From Acidimicrobiia bacterium (GTDB taxonomy: Bacteria > Actinomycetota > Acidimicrobiia > UBA2766), in assembly GCA_046331095.1 (NCBI GenBank), contig JAXLRM010000004.1, positions 68,316-132,315 on the forward strand: 64,000 bases of DNA. The letters run 5' to 3'. Under the pieces are notes generated by a model. The model saw nothing but the letters and a program-made list of their open reading frames with translations. It did no database searches and was not told the DNA's origin. Position numbers and translations under genes: made by a program. Shown in pieces: positions 27,852 through 36,521 of this stretch. The first letter of the stretch is position 1. Each line of letters begins with the position of its first letter.

Positions 27852-29534
27852 TCACGACGGGGCGGATGCCTCGGCTACACGCGATGCGCGGCGTTCGGCG
27901 AGCACGGCGCCGATCGCGGGGACGAGCACCACGGTCACGGCGAGGGCCGACGCCCACGTGATGATCAGGATCGGGGTGCCGATCGGGCCCAAGAGGTTCT
28001 CGTACCAGGTCAGCCACGTGCCGAGCGCGTAGCCGGTCGCCATCGAGACGCCGAGGAACAGCACGGTGCCGATGGCGACGGCGCCAAGGCGGGCACGCAT
28101 CCGCGGACCCCGCAGCGTGAGGAGCCACGACGTGAAGAACATGAAGAGGAACACACGTAGCGACAGGGGCACGATCTTGAACAGTCCGCCGCGTCCGGAG
28201 ACGAGGGGGAGCAACGTGACGACGAGAAGAACGCCGCTGACCAGCACCCAGACGGTGCCCTTGCGGGCGTTGTAGACGTCCTCCTGTTCCGGTGCCCAGG
28301 GCCGGTTGAAGGCCCGTTGCGCCACGACCATCAGGAGGGGCAGGAACGGCACGATCGTGAGCAACGCCAGCCCCCACCAGTTGGCGCTGTGCTGGCCCGG
28401 CGCCACCGTCTTGTTCAGCATCGCCGCCGCCGTATCGTCCCCACGTAGGAACAACAGGTTGGTCAGGACCCCGGAGAAGCTGGTCTGGGCCCGACGCAGG
28501 GGTGCCAAGAGTGCGACGAGGGTCACCGACGCGGGCAGGAGAACCATGAACGCGGTCAGGGCGAGTGCCGCGGCGAGGTTGCCGCCGTCGACGTCGCGGT
28601 AGCGCTGGTACACCTTCCAACCCAGGGTGCGCGACATCCGCGGGAACCCGGAACCGGCCGCCCACTTGAAGGCGGCCTGCACCACACCCGGGCTGAAGCG
28701 CACCCAGTGCTCGGCCCGTCGTTGTGGCACCTGCCCCGGCCGGCGGTCGCGGCGGCGCAGTATCGGTTCGTGACCGCGACGCTCCATCCAAGCGGCCGTC
28801 ATGCACGGCGCCGCCATGGTCACCAGCGCGAAGACGTAGAAGAGGACACCGAGCATCAGGGCGACCCCGAACGCACCGAACGCGAAGTGGAGTGCTCCCA
28901 GGAGCGGAGCGAAGGTGAGCCGAGCGGACACGACCACGAGCGCGGTGCAGCCTCCGGCGAACACCGCTCCCGCGAGGGCAGCGCTCCATCTCGGCCTCCG
29001 CCTCGGGAGCCAGAGGGCCGTGACGAAGTAGAACACGGTCGCCTGCCCGAACGCCGAGAGCGCGGCCAGAGGCGGTGGCGGCTGGAAGCGAACCGTCGTC
29101 GACGCCGGCAGGAAGGCGACCAACACGAACCCGCCGGCGAAGACGAACCACGCCAGGCCGCGCCAGATCGACGCCCGCGGGGCGTCGGGGTGGTGGCCCG
29201 AGATCGCGCGGTCGTAGGCGACCATCACGACCGAGATCGTGCTGCCACCCCCGAAGAGGAACGTCACAGCTCCGAGCAGAGCGCCGGCGGTTGCGGTGTC
29301 CGCGGTCGGTGTGAGCGCCTCGGCGAGGATCGCGGCACTCGGCCTGCCGAGCGACATGCGCTTCACGAAGAACGTCGCCAGCGACCCGTTCTCGCCGAGG
29401 AGACGCTGCAGGGCGGCGAACGCGACGATCAGGACGGGCAGCACGACGATCAGGAGGCCCACCGCGAGGATCAATGCAGACACGAAGCCGTCGGCGCTGC
29501 GGAAACGGCGCCAGGACGCGCCCACGAGCTGCAT
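27852..29534 (-). CDS. polytopic membrane protein, apparent tandem fusion of two YihY/BrkB-like modules
   Basis: 560 aa with many hydrophobic spans. Both halves open with a YihY-like head (SWRRFRSADGFVSALILAVGLLIVVLP and VYQRYRDVDGGNLAAALALTAFMVLLP). Confidence 0.7.
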   Translation of the reverse strand: MQLVGASWRRFRSADGFVSALILAVGLLIVVLPVLIVAFAALQRLLGENGSLATFFVKRMSLGRPSAAILAEALTPTADTATAGALLGAVTFLFGGGSTISVVMVAYDRAISGHHPDAPRASIWRGLAWFVFAGGFVLVAFLPASTTVRFQPPPPLAALSAFGQATVFYFVTALWLPRRRPRWSAALAGAVFAGGCTALVVVSARLTFAPLLGALHFAFGAFGVALMLGVLFYVFALVTMAAPCMTAAWMERRGHEPILRRRDRRPGQVPQRRAEHWVRFSPGVVQAAFKWAAGSGFPRMSRTLGWKVYQRYRDVDGGNLAAALALTAFMVLLPASVTLVALLAPLRRAQTSFSGVLTNLLFLRGDDTAAAMLNKTVAPGQHSANWWGLALLTIVPFLPLLMVVAQRAFNRPWAPEQEDVYNARKGTVWVLVSGVLLVVTLLPLVSGRGGLFKIVPLSLRVFLFMFFTSWLLTLRGPRMRARLGAVAIGTVLFLGVSMATGYALGTWLTWYENLLGPIGTPILIITWASALAVTVVLVPAIGAVLAERRASRVAEASAPS

Positions 29535-29613
29535 GGCATGGTTCTACTCGCTCGGCGAGGCGCCCCTCGTGAGCGATGAACCCCGGCGCCCCGACGCGGA
29601 GTTGGGGCTCGAG

Positions 29614-30069
29614 TCAGCCGGCCTCGAGCTCGGCCTTCATCCGCTCGAGCGTGGCCTGCATGCCCCTCTGGTTCGTCTTGGCCCGCGCCCACCCGGCGAG
29701 GCGCCAGTACAGGCGCAGCACGAACGTGTCGGCCAGCTCGAACGACTCGGTCACATCGGTGCCGTCACCGGAGGGCTCGAGCAGGTAACGCCAGGTGTTG
29801 ACGGGCTTGCCCGAGACGCCCACGTCGAAGGCGAACTCGCGATCGGGCTCGCAGGTCACCACCTCACACGCCGTCCAGTAGGTCGGCCCACGACCGTTGC
29901 GCTTCACGTGGCCGCGGAAGCGGGCGCCGACGGCGGGGCCGGTCGCGCCGCCGAGCCACTCGGCCTCGAAGGTCTCCGGGCTGTACTCGCCGATGCGGGT
30001 CACGTCGCTGACGAGATCCCAGACCGCGGTCGGCGCGGCGTCGATGTGGACGGTCACGGATCCTTGCAT
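29614..30069 (-). CDS. SRPBCC (polyketide cyclase/START-like) family protein
   Basis: 151 aa from ATG 30069 (MQGSVTVHIDAAPTAVWDLVSDVTRIGEYSPE..), the typical SRPBCC opening. The remaining 250 aa of the 401-aa track ORF are R/P-rich shadow sequence. Confidence 0.85.
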   Translation of the reverse strand: MQGSVTVHIDAAPTAVWDLVSDVTRIGEYSPETFEAEWLGGATGPAVGARFRGHVKRNGRGPTYWTACEVVTCEPDREFAFDVGVSGKPVNTWRYLLEPSGDGTDVTESFELADTFVLRLYWRLAGWARAKTNQRGMQATLERMKAELEAG

Positions 30070-30113
30070 CGCGGCAGGATAGGCAAGGCGCGTCGGCGCC
30101 GCTGGGCCGGCCT

Positions 30114-30884
30114 TCAGCCCGGCCGTGCCGCGTCGACGATGACGCTCGCTGTCAGTCCTGGATCGTCGAACATCGGCACGTGGCCGACGCCCGGCAGCAC
30201 GCGGTAGCGGGCACCGGGAAACAGGGCGCGGGCGCGGGCTCCGTGGCCTGTTTCGGGGAGGATGCGGTCGCGTTCGGCCCACGCGATGACCACGGGGCAG
30301 GGGAGCTGGTCGAGCGGCTCGAGTTGCTCGTCGGTGCCGAGCAGGTCGCCGAGCACGGTGCAGGCCAACAGGTCGTCGGCGAGCGTGAGGAGCTCGGCGG
30401 CGCTCACGCGCTCGCCGTGGACGGCGTTGTCCCGAAGCGCCAGCTTGCGCACCGCGGGGACGCGGGCGAGAAGTGGCAGCAGCGGGCGCGTGAGCTTCGT
30501 CGCCGTCGCGATCATCTCGAGTCGCGAGGTTCCCCGGGTCTGTTCCCGGGTTCCCGCGTGCCAGCAGCCCGCAGGCGACAGAGCGCAGACCGACAAGGCG
30601 CGGCCGCGCCGCGCGAGCTCCAGCGCGACCCAGCCGCCGAGGGAGTTGCCCGCCAGATGGGCCTTGTCGAGGCCGAGGTCGTCGAGGTGTCGCTCCGCGT
30701 CGTCGACGACGTCCGCGACGCGGGTCCCCGAACCCGCAGGAGTGCCGCCACGGTGCCCGAGCTCGGTGAACGCGATCACGTCGTGATCGGGTGCCAGCAG
30801 CGGCACGACGCGCCGCCACATGGTCTCGCTGCCGGTGATTCCGTGCAACAGCACGAGCGGTTCGCCCTCACCTCGTCTGATCAT
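30114..30884 (-). CDS. alpha/beta hydrolase
   Basis: 256 aa. HG oxyanion motif (LVLLHGITGS) and nucleophile elbow GNSLGG. Confidence 0.88.
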   Translation of the reverse strand: MIRRGEGEPLVLLHGITGSETMWRRVVPLLAPDHDVIAFTELGHRGGTPAGSGTRVADVVDDAERHLDDLGLDKAHLAGNSLGGWVALELARRGRALSVCALSPAGCWHAGTREQTRGTSRLEMIATATKLTRPLLPLLARVPAVRKLALRDNAVHGERVSAAELLTLADDLLACTVLGDLLGTDEQLEPLDQLPCPVVIAWAERDRILPETGHGARARALFPGARYRVLPGVGHVPMFDDPGLTASVIVDAARPG

Positions 30885-30929
30885 CCGGTTCCCGTCCGGG
30901 TGGCCCGCGTGCGTGCCCCGGCAACGGCC

Positions 30930-31490
30930 TCAGCCGTCGACGCGGTGCAGTGTGTTCGTATCGGTGTGCTGCATGTCGCCGCCGGTTGCGGCCAGTGTGA
31001 GCGTGAGGTCCGACTTGTAGGTGAGCGATCCGTCCTCGCCGAAGCCGAACGTCGTCTCGAACGCACCGCATGTGGCCTGCTCGAGCAGGTGCGGGTTCTG
31101 GACGAGTCCGAAGGTGGGCGCGCCCGCCTCGGCCCGGAAGTGGATCTCGTCCGCGTCGGGCGTTGCGGTCGCGCCCATCAGGACGGCGATCCCGCGTGGC
31201 ACCGCGAAGCACCGCATGACCGTCCCGGTCGACTCCTCCCACAGCATGTAGCCGACCTCGTCGTGGAACGGGTCCGCGGCCTCCTCGCCGTGGCGCCACG
31301 CGGTCATCTGGTAGTTGAGGCCGTGCATGGTCTGAGAGCCGTTGTGGACAACCGGGATCCGGCTGAACCGGGCCCTTTCGAAATACGTGGTCTCGCCGAT
31401 GACGCGGTCGCCGTAAGCGAAGGAGACGTCGACGCCGACGTTGCCTTCCCAGGTGCCTTCGAATGCCGCCAGTGGTCCGAGGTCGCTCAT
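30930..31490 (-). CDS. heme-binding beta-barrel (nitrobindin/THAP4-like) domain protein
   Basis: 186 aa. N-terminal LAAFEGTWEGNVG motif and overall beta-barrel pattern typical of the nitrobindin-type family (recognised from memory). Confidence 0.75.
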   Translation of the reverse strand: MSDLGPLAAFEGTWEGNVGVDVSFAYGDRVIGETTYFERARFSRIPVVHNGSQTMHGLNYQMTAWRHGEEAADPFHDEVGYMLWEESTGTVMRCFAVPRGIAVLMGATATPDADEIHFRAEAGAPTFGLVQNPHLLEQATCGAFETTFGFGEDGSLTYKSDLTLTLAATGGDMQHTDTNTLHRVDG

Positions 31491-31571
31491 GGCCCGCCAC
31501 TCTTGCAGGGAATCGTGTGGCTCGCCAGGACAGGACCGGCCGATCCGACGGCGGGGCCGGAGTGACGTCGG

Positions 31572-32015
31572 CTATTCGGGAGTCGTCGGCCAAGTCCACG
31601 CCTTCCACGCCACCGCGAGGAGAAGGGCGACCTCGGTGATGCTGCCGACGACGTAGTACGCCCACGATTCACCGGGGATCGTGAGGGCGATCGTCACGAC
31701 GTAGATCGCGGCGACGACGACGTTCACCACGCGGTTGCCTCGTGCAGGGAGCAGCAGCGACGCGACGACCATCACGATGGGAACGACGACGTAGATCGTG
31801 CTGAGAGCGAGGAAGGTCTGGTTGATCGCGAAGCCGGTCCCGGGGACCTCGCCGCGGAGTGCTCCCTCGACGACGTCGCGGCGCCAGAAGGCGAAGATGT
31901 CCACATAGGCGAACACGAACAGCATCGCGATCCACAGCGCAGCGAGAACGGTCTTGGTGTTCGTCGGCGGGTCGTGCAGGGTGCGTGCCGGCCTGTTCGG
32001 GTTTGGTGTCGCCAT
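31572..32015 (-). CDS. small 4-TM membrane protein (DUF6326-like)
   Basis: 147 aa from ATG 32015 (MATPNPNRPARTLHDPP..). Hydrophobic spans LAALWIAMLFVFAYVDIF, LALSTIYVVVPIVMVVASLLL, VVNVVVAAIYVVTIALTI, YVVGSITEVALLLAVAW. Divergent from the sensor kinase gene. Confidence 0.7.
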   Translation of the reverse strand: MATPNPNRPARTLHDPPTNTKTVLAALWIAMLFVFAYVDIFAFWRRDVVEGALRGEVPGTGFAINQTFLALSTIYVVVPIVMVVASLLLPARGNRVVNVVVAAIYVVTIALTIPGESWAYYVVGSITEVALLLAVAWKAWTWPTTPE

Positions 32016-32103
32016 GGGTGCATCTTGGGCGACGGGTGTGCGCTGGCGCATCGGCATCGTGGCTGTTCTCGACCGGCTGATCGGCCGGGACGGGCTCGGC
32101 CAC

Positions 32104-33288
32104 ATGGCCGATGTCGGCGCAGCGCCGGGCCCGTACGATCTGGTTGTGTTCGACGGGATCAGGTCGCTCGTCTCGGATCCGAGGGTTCCGGACGCTCCCG
32201 GTCCCTTGCCGCGCGACGTGTTGCTGGTCGCGGCTGCGGTCGTGTGCGTCACGGTCGAGGCCGTCGTCCGGCCCGACGTGCAGTGGCGCTGGCCCGCGTT
32301 CGTGGTTGCGGTCGGCGTGATCGTGTTGCTTCCGTGGCGGCGCCAACGGCCACTTGCCGTCGTCACGGCCGGCTTCGTGGCGATCGGCGTGTTCGACCTC
32401 GCCCGAGTCATCGGTGGGACGGCGGCGTCGACGGGTTATCACTCGATGGCTGTGGTCATGGTGGCGGTCTACGCGTTGTGCCGATGGGCCTCCGGTCGCG
32501 ATCGCGCCGTCGGTCTCGGGATCGTGTTCGTCGTGGCGACGGTCGGGGTTGCGCTCGGCTCGCGGAACTGGTCCGACGTCGTCGGCGGGTATGCCGTCGT
32601 AGCCGCAGTCGTGGCGGCCGGGATCGCCGTCCGGGTGTCGTCGAACGCCCGGCTGCGGACGCTCGAACAGGCCCGCTCGCTCGAGCGGGAACGCCTCGCC
32701 CGAGACCTGCACGACACGGTTGCACATCACGTCTCCGCGATCGTGATCAGCGCGCAGGCCGGGCTCTCGGTCGCAGCGACGCATCCGGGCCGTGCCGTCG
32801 ACTCCCTGCGGACGATCGAACGCGAAGGCTCGCGTGCTCTCTCGGAGATGCGGTCGATCGTCGGCACGCTCCGGGAAGCAGAGCGCGTTCGGGCTCCCAC
32901 CGCGACGCTCGAGGACCTGGACACGCTCGCCGGGGCTTCGGACCGGGCGCCGCGGGTCACCGTCGAGCTCGACGTGGAGCCCGACACCGTCAACAGCGTG
33001 GTGTCCGCCGCCCTGTTCCGGGTCGCTCAGGAGTCCGTCACCAACGCCCGCCGGCATGCCCGTCACGCAACCCGGGTGAGCGTCGACGTCAGTGCGCGCG
33101 ACGGCATCGCCGAGTTGCGAGTCAGCGACGACGGTGACCACGTCGACGGCCACCCTGGGGCCGGTTTCGGTCTCGTCGGCATGAGCGAACGAGTCAGTGC
33201 GCTCGGTGGCACGTTCCGCTACGGGCCCCGACCCGGACGCGGCTGGGTCGTCGTGGCACGGGTACCGGTCAAAGGCGCGGCCCGATGA
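32104..33288 (+). CDS. two-component sensor histidine kinase (HisKA_3/NarL-partner type)
   Basis: H-box RLARDLHDTVAHHVS. HATPase boxes QESVTNARRHA and DDGDH..GFGLVGMSERV. N-terminal TM segments. Start chosen at ATG 32104 to avoid overlap with the divergent gene. Confidence 0.88.
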   Translation: MADVGAAPGPYDLVVFDGIRSLVSDPRVPDAPGPLPRDVLLVAAAVVCVTVEAVVRPDVQWRWPAFVVAVGVIVLLPWRRQRPLAVVTAGFVAIGVFDLARVIGGTAASTGYHSMAVVMVAVYALCRWASGRDRAVGLGIVFVVATVGVALGSRNWSDVVGGYAVVAAVVAAGIAVRVSSNARLRTLEQARSLERERLARDLHDTVAHHVSAIVISAQAGLSVAATHPGRAVDSLRTIEREGSRALSEMRSIVGTLREAERVRAPTATLEDLDTLAGASDRAPRVTVELDVEPDTVNSVVSAALFRVAQESVTNARRHARHATRVSVDVSARDGIAELRVSDDGDHVDGHPGAGFGLVGMSERVSALGGTFRYGPRPGRGWVVVARVPVKGAAR

Positions 33289-33953
33289 ACACCGGCGCGG
33301 TGCGGGTCGTGATCGCCGACGACCAGGAGATCGTGCGCACGGGGCTCGCGATGATCATCGACGCGCAACCAGGCTGCACCGTGGTCGGGCAAGCATCCGA
33401 CGGACACCAGGCCGTCGACCTCGCGCGGCGGTTGCGACCGGACGTCTGCCTGTTCGACATCCGGATGCCCGGCCTTGACGGCATCGAGGCAACCCGTCTG
33501 GTCGCGGGTCCGGACGTCGTCGACCCCGTCGCCGTTGTCGTCATCACCACCTTCGACCTCGACGAGTACGTCCACGACGCGCTGCGCGCCGGGGCCCGCG
33601 GCTTCCTGCTCAAGGACGCGGGGCCGCAGATGCTCGCACAGGCAATACAGGCGGCAGCCAACGGCGAAGCACTCATCGCGCCGAGCGTCACGGTCCGCCT
33701 CTTGAAAGCCTTCGCCGGCCGGCCGAGCGGCGCCGCACGCCAACCCGCCGAGCCGTTGACCGACCGCGAGGAGGAGGTCCTCATCGCGGTCGCGCAAGGC
33801 CTCACCAACACCGAGATCTGCGCTGCTCTGCACATCAGCCTCGGCACCGTCAAGACCCACATCACCAACCTCATGCTCAAACTCGCCCTCCGTAACCGAG
33901 TCGAGCTCGCCATCTGGGCCCACGAAACCGGGCGTGTGCGCTCGACGACGTAG
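33285..33953 (+). CDS. response regulator, NarL/LuxR family
   Basis: 222 aa. Receiver residues (VIADDQ, LFDIRMPGLDG). C-terminal LuxR HTH (LTNTEICAALHISLGTVKTHI). ATGA overlap with the kinase gene. Confidence 0.93.
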   Translation: MNTGAVRVVIADDQEIVRTGLAMIIDAQPGCTVVGQASDGHQAVDLARRLRPDVCLFDIRMPGLDGIEATRLVAGPDVVDPVAVVVITTFDLDEYVHDALRAGARGFLLKDAGPQMLAQAIQAAANGEALIAPSVTVRLLKAFAGRPSGAARQPAEPLTDREEEVLIAVAQGLTNTEICAALHISLGTVKTHITNLMLKLALRNRVELAIWAHETGRVRSTT

Positions 33954-34020
33954 CTCGTCCGAGCGTCGAACTAGCGTGGCGACCGGGCGTCGCAGCGACG
34001 CCGTGAGCTGAGATCGGCGT

Positions 34021-34437
34021 GTGATCGTGAGCCGAACCCGACCCGAAGTCCTCTTCGTCTGCGTCCACAACGCAGGCCGGTCCCAGATGGCCGCGGCACT
34101 GTTGGCCCGTCACGGCGGCGACGCGGTGGTGGTCCGCTCGGCGGGCTCGGCGCCCGCAGCAGAAGTCAACCCTGTCGTCGTCGCGGCGATGGCCGAGCTC
34201 GGCGTCGACCTGCGGGCCGGCGACGCGCGCCCCAAGAGGCTCGACGAGGCGGCGGTCGCGGCATCCGACGTCGTGATCACCATGGGCTGTGGCGACGCGT
34301 GCCCGTTCTACCCCGGCAAGCGCTACGAGGACTGGGACGCCGACGACCCCGCCGGACAGGGCATCGAGGCGGTCCGTGCGATCCGCGACGAGATCGAGCG
34401 CCGCATCGTCGACCTCGTGGCGTCACTGGGGATCTGA
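34021..34437 (+). CDS. arsC: arsenate reductase, LMW-PTP type
   Basis: 138 aa. CX5R P-loop in VLFVCVHNAGRSQMA. Downstream GCGDACP motif. Adjacent to arsR, an arsI/cadI-like gene and acr3. Confidence 0.9.
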   Translation: MIVSRTRPEVLFVCVHNAGRSQMAAALLARHGGDAVVVRSAGSAPAAEVNPVVVAAMAELGVDLRAGDARPKRLDEAAVAASDVVITMGCGDACPFYPGKRYEDWDADDPAGQGIEAVRAIRDEIERRIVDLVASLGI

Positions 34438-34442
34438 CGCGC

Positions 34443-34790
34443 TCACCGTCGGCGGGCCGCGTCGGGGGCGAGTGCCTCGCGCACGGCGACGAGCCGTTCG
34501 GGCACCACTCGGTACCACGCCCACTTGCCTCGCTTCTCGCGTGCGAGCAGGCCTGCGTCGACGAGCATCGACAGGTGGTGCGAGACGGTCGGTTGCGACC
34601 GCCCGACGGGCTCGACGAGGTCGCATGCGCAGGCCTCGCCGCCCTGGGCCGCTGCCACCATCGACAGCAGTCGCAGCCGGGCGGGGTCGGCGAGCACCTT
34701 CAGCACCGCGGCGAGCTCGACGGCATCTGCTTCGCCGAGCACGCCGGACGTCAACGGGGTGCAGCAGGCGGCGATCTCTTGTGTCTTCAC
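34443..34790 (-). CDS. arsR: ArsR/SmtB-family metalloregulator
   Basis: HTH RSQPTVSHHLSMLVDAGLL and metal-site-like GEACACDL. Start taken at GTG 34790 (VKTQEIAACC..), because ATG 34838 would bury the promoter-like low-GC segment inside the CDS. Confidence 0.85.
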   Translation of the reverse strand: MKTQEIAACCTPLTSGVLGEADAVELAAVLKVLADPARLRLLSMVAAAQGGEACACDLVEPVGRSQPTVSHHLSMLVDAGLLAREKRGKWAWYRVVPERLVAVREALAPDAARRR

Positions 34791-34824
34791 GGACACGCCT
34801 CCCGGGACGCACCAGAACAATGCA

Positions 34825-34856
34825 TTGACACCAATCAATATGTGGCTAGAGTGTCA
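34825..34856 (+). promoter_or_regulatory. candidate promoter of the arsI-like/acr3 operon overlapped by an inverted repeat (candidate ArsR operator)
   Basis: TTGACA (34825-34830), 16 nt, then TAGAGT (34847-34852). Inverted repeat TGACAC (34826-31) / GTGTCA (34851-56). SD GAGGAG lies 7 nt before ATG 34896. Locally low GC. Confidence 0.45.
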
Positions 34857-34895
34857 TATCGACAGGCGTAGATCAATCTAGTCGAGGAGATCCAG

Positions 34896-35378
34896 ATGTC
34901 CCGTGTGCAGCTCGCCCTCAACGTCACCGACATCGACGAGGCCGTGGACTTCTACTCGAAGCTCTTCGACGCCGAGCCGCTCAAGCGCAAGCCCGGCTAC
35001 GCCAACTTCGCGATCGCCGACCCGCCCCTGAAGCTCGTGCTCTTCGAGGGCCCCGAGGGCGCCACCCTCAACCACCTCGGGGTGGAGACCGACAGCGCCG
35101 CCGAAGTCGAGGCCGCCGAGGGCCGCCTCGCAGGAACCGGCCTCGAGACGACCGGCGTCGACGACACGGTGTGCTGCTACGCGACCAAGGTCGAGACGTG
35201 GGTGAGCGACCCCGACGGCGCCCGCTGGGAGTGGTACGTCAAGACCGGCGACTCCGACCAGCTCGCCTACGCGACCGCCGGCGAGGCGGAGTCGGCTCGG
35301 TGCTGCGCCCCCGAGGTCGGCGCGGCACCCACCACGCAGGCACGGACCGCAGCGTCCGCCGGGCCGTCCTGCTGCTGA
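34896..35378 (+). CDS. ArsI/CadI-family VOC-fold metalloenzyme (possible C-As lyase)
   Basis: 160 aa. Glyoxalase-fold N-terminus (VQLALNVTDIDEAVDFYSKLF). Vicinal Cys pair in DTVCCYA as in ArsI/CadI. Two more CC pairs in the tail (RCCAP, SCC-end). Confidence 0.82.
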   Translation: MSRVQLALNVTDIDEAVDFYSKLFDAEPLKRKPGYANFAIADPPLKLVLFEGPEGATLNHLGVETDSAAEVEAAEGRLAGTGLETTGVDDTVCCYATKVETWVSDPDGARWEWYVKTGDSDQLAYATAGEAESARCCAPEVGAAPTTQARTAASAGPSCC

Positions 35379-35384
35379 ACACCC

Positions 35385-36434
35385 GTGCAGGCAGCCACCT
35401 CGGTCACGCGGCGCCTCCCCACGCTCGACCGGTTCCTGCCGGTGTGGATCGGCCTCGCAATGGCCGCGGGGCTGGCACTGGGTCGGGCCGTACCCGACCT
35501 CGACGTCGCCCTCGAAGCCATCAAGGTTGACACGGTGTCGCTCCCGATCGCGATCGGGTTGCTGGCGATGATGTACCCCGTCCTCGCCAAGGTCCGCTAC
35601 ACCCACGTCGGCGACGAGCTCGCCGACCGCCGCGTCCTCGCGCTCTCGCTCCTGTTGAACTGGGTCGTGGGCCCGCTGCTCATGTTCACCCTTGCCTGGG
35701 TCTTCCTGGCCGGCCTGCCCGAGCTCCGCACCGGCCTCGTCATCGTCGGTCTCGCCCGCTGCATCGCCATGGTCCTGGTCTGGAACGACCTGGCGTGCGG
35801 CAGCCGCGAGCTCGCCGCCGTGCTCGTCGCGGTGAACTCGGTGTTCCAGATCGTGATGTACTCGGTGCTCGGCTGGTTCTACCTGGCGGTGCTGCCCGGC
35901 TGGCTCGGCCTCGACACCGCTGCGCTCGACGTCTCGCTGTGGGCGATCGCCAAGTCCGTCCTCGTCTTCTTGGGCATCCCGCTGCTGGCCGGTTTCCTGA
36001 CACGCACACTGCTCGAGGCCCGCCGCGGCACCGACTGGTACGAGAACCGGTTCCTGCCCCGCATCGGACCGGTGGCCCTGTACGGGCTGTTGTTCACGAT
36101 CGTCGTGCTCTTCGCCTTGCAGGGACGCCAGATCACCGAGCACCCCTTCGACGTCGCCCGCGTCGCGCTACCGCTGCTCGTGTACTTCGGGCTCATGTGG
36201 GGCGGCTCGTTCGTGCTCGGCCACCGGCTCGGCCTGCCTTACGAACGCAACGCGTCGGTGGCCTTCACGGCGGCGGGCAACAACTTCGAGCTCGCGATCG
36301 CCGTGTCTATCGCGGTTTTCGGGGTCACGTCGGGACAGGCCCTGGCCGGCACCATCGGGCCCCTCGTCGAGGTGCCCGCGCTCGTCGCGCTCGTCTACGT
36401 CTCGTTGTGGGCGAAGCGGCGCTTCTACCCGTGA
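35385..36434 (+). CDS. acr3: ACR3-family arsenite efflux permease
   Basis: 349 aa from GTG 35385. Signature region LDRFLPVWIGLAMAAG..SLPIAIGLLAMMYPVLAKVRY. Confidence 0.93.
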   Translation: MQAATSVTRRLPTLDRFLPVWIGLAMAAGLALGRAVPDLDVALEAIKVDTVSLPIAIGLLAMMYPVLAKVRYTHVGDELADRRVLALSLLLNWVVGPLLMFTLAWVFLAGLPELRTGLVIVGLARCIAMVLVWNDLACGSRELAAVLVAVNSVFQIVMYSVLGWFYLAVLPGWLGLDTAALDVSLWAIAKSVLVFLGIPLLAGFLTRTLLEARRGTDWYENRFLPRIGPVALYGLLFTIVVLFALQGRQITEHPFDVARVALPLLVYFGLMWGGSFVLGHRLGLPYERNASVAFTAAGNNFELAIAVSIAVFGVTSGQALAGTIGPLVEVPALVALVYVSLWAKRRFYP

Positions 36435-36440
36435 CGCCCG

Positions 36441-36496
36441 TCGGCTTCTGGGCGCGCACACCCCACGTGGATAGGGTCGGCGCGCCCAGAAGCCGA
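36441..36496. repeat. dispersed palindromic element, copy 1 (17-bp stem hairpin after acr3)
   Basis: ggcttctgggcgcgc (36443-57) and gcgcgcccagaagcc (36480-94) are exact reverse complements. Pairing extends to 36441/36496 with a 22-nt loop. It is followed by gatttcgccggg, as in the 53304-53363 units. Confidence 0.8.
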
Positions 36497-36521
36497 TTTC
36501 GCCGGGTCGCCGACCGTTACC

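Noticed and set aside
27247-29151. 634-aa minus-strand ORF overlapping the SARP 3' end and the YihY-like gene
   Set aside because: R/P/G-rich shadow frame. The 27852-29534 frame gives coherent TM helices.
29614-30819. Full 401-aa version of the SRPBCC ORF
   Set aside because: The N-terminal 250 aa are R/P-rich and overlap the alpha/beta hydrolase gene in another frame. The SRPBCC fold starts at the internal ATG 30069.
34791-34838. ATG 34838 as the arsR start (131-aa version)
   Set aside because: It would add a non-conserved MIGVNALFWCVPGGVS extension and place the TTGACA/operator-like low-GC segment inside the CDS. GTG 34790 gives a typical ArsR length. The choice remains uncertain.
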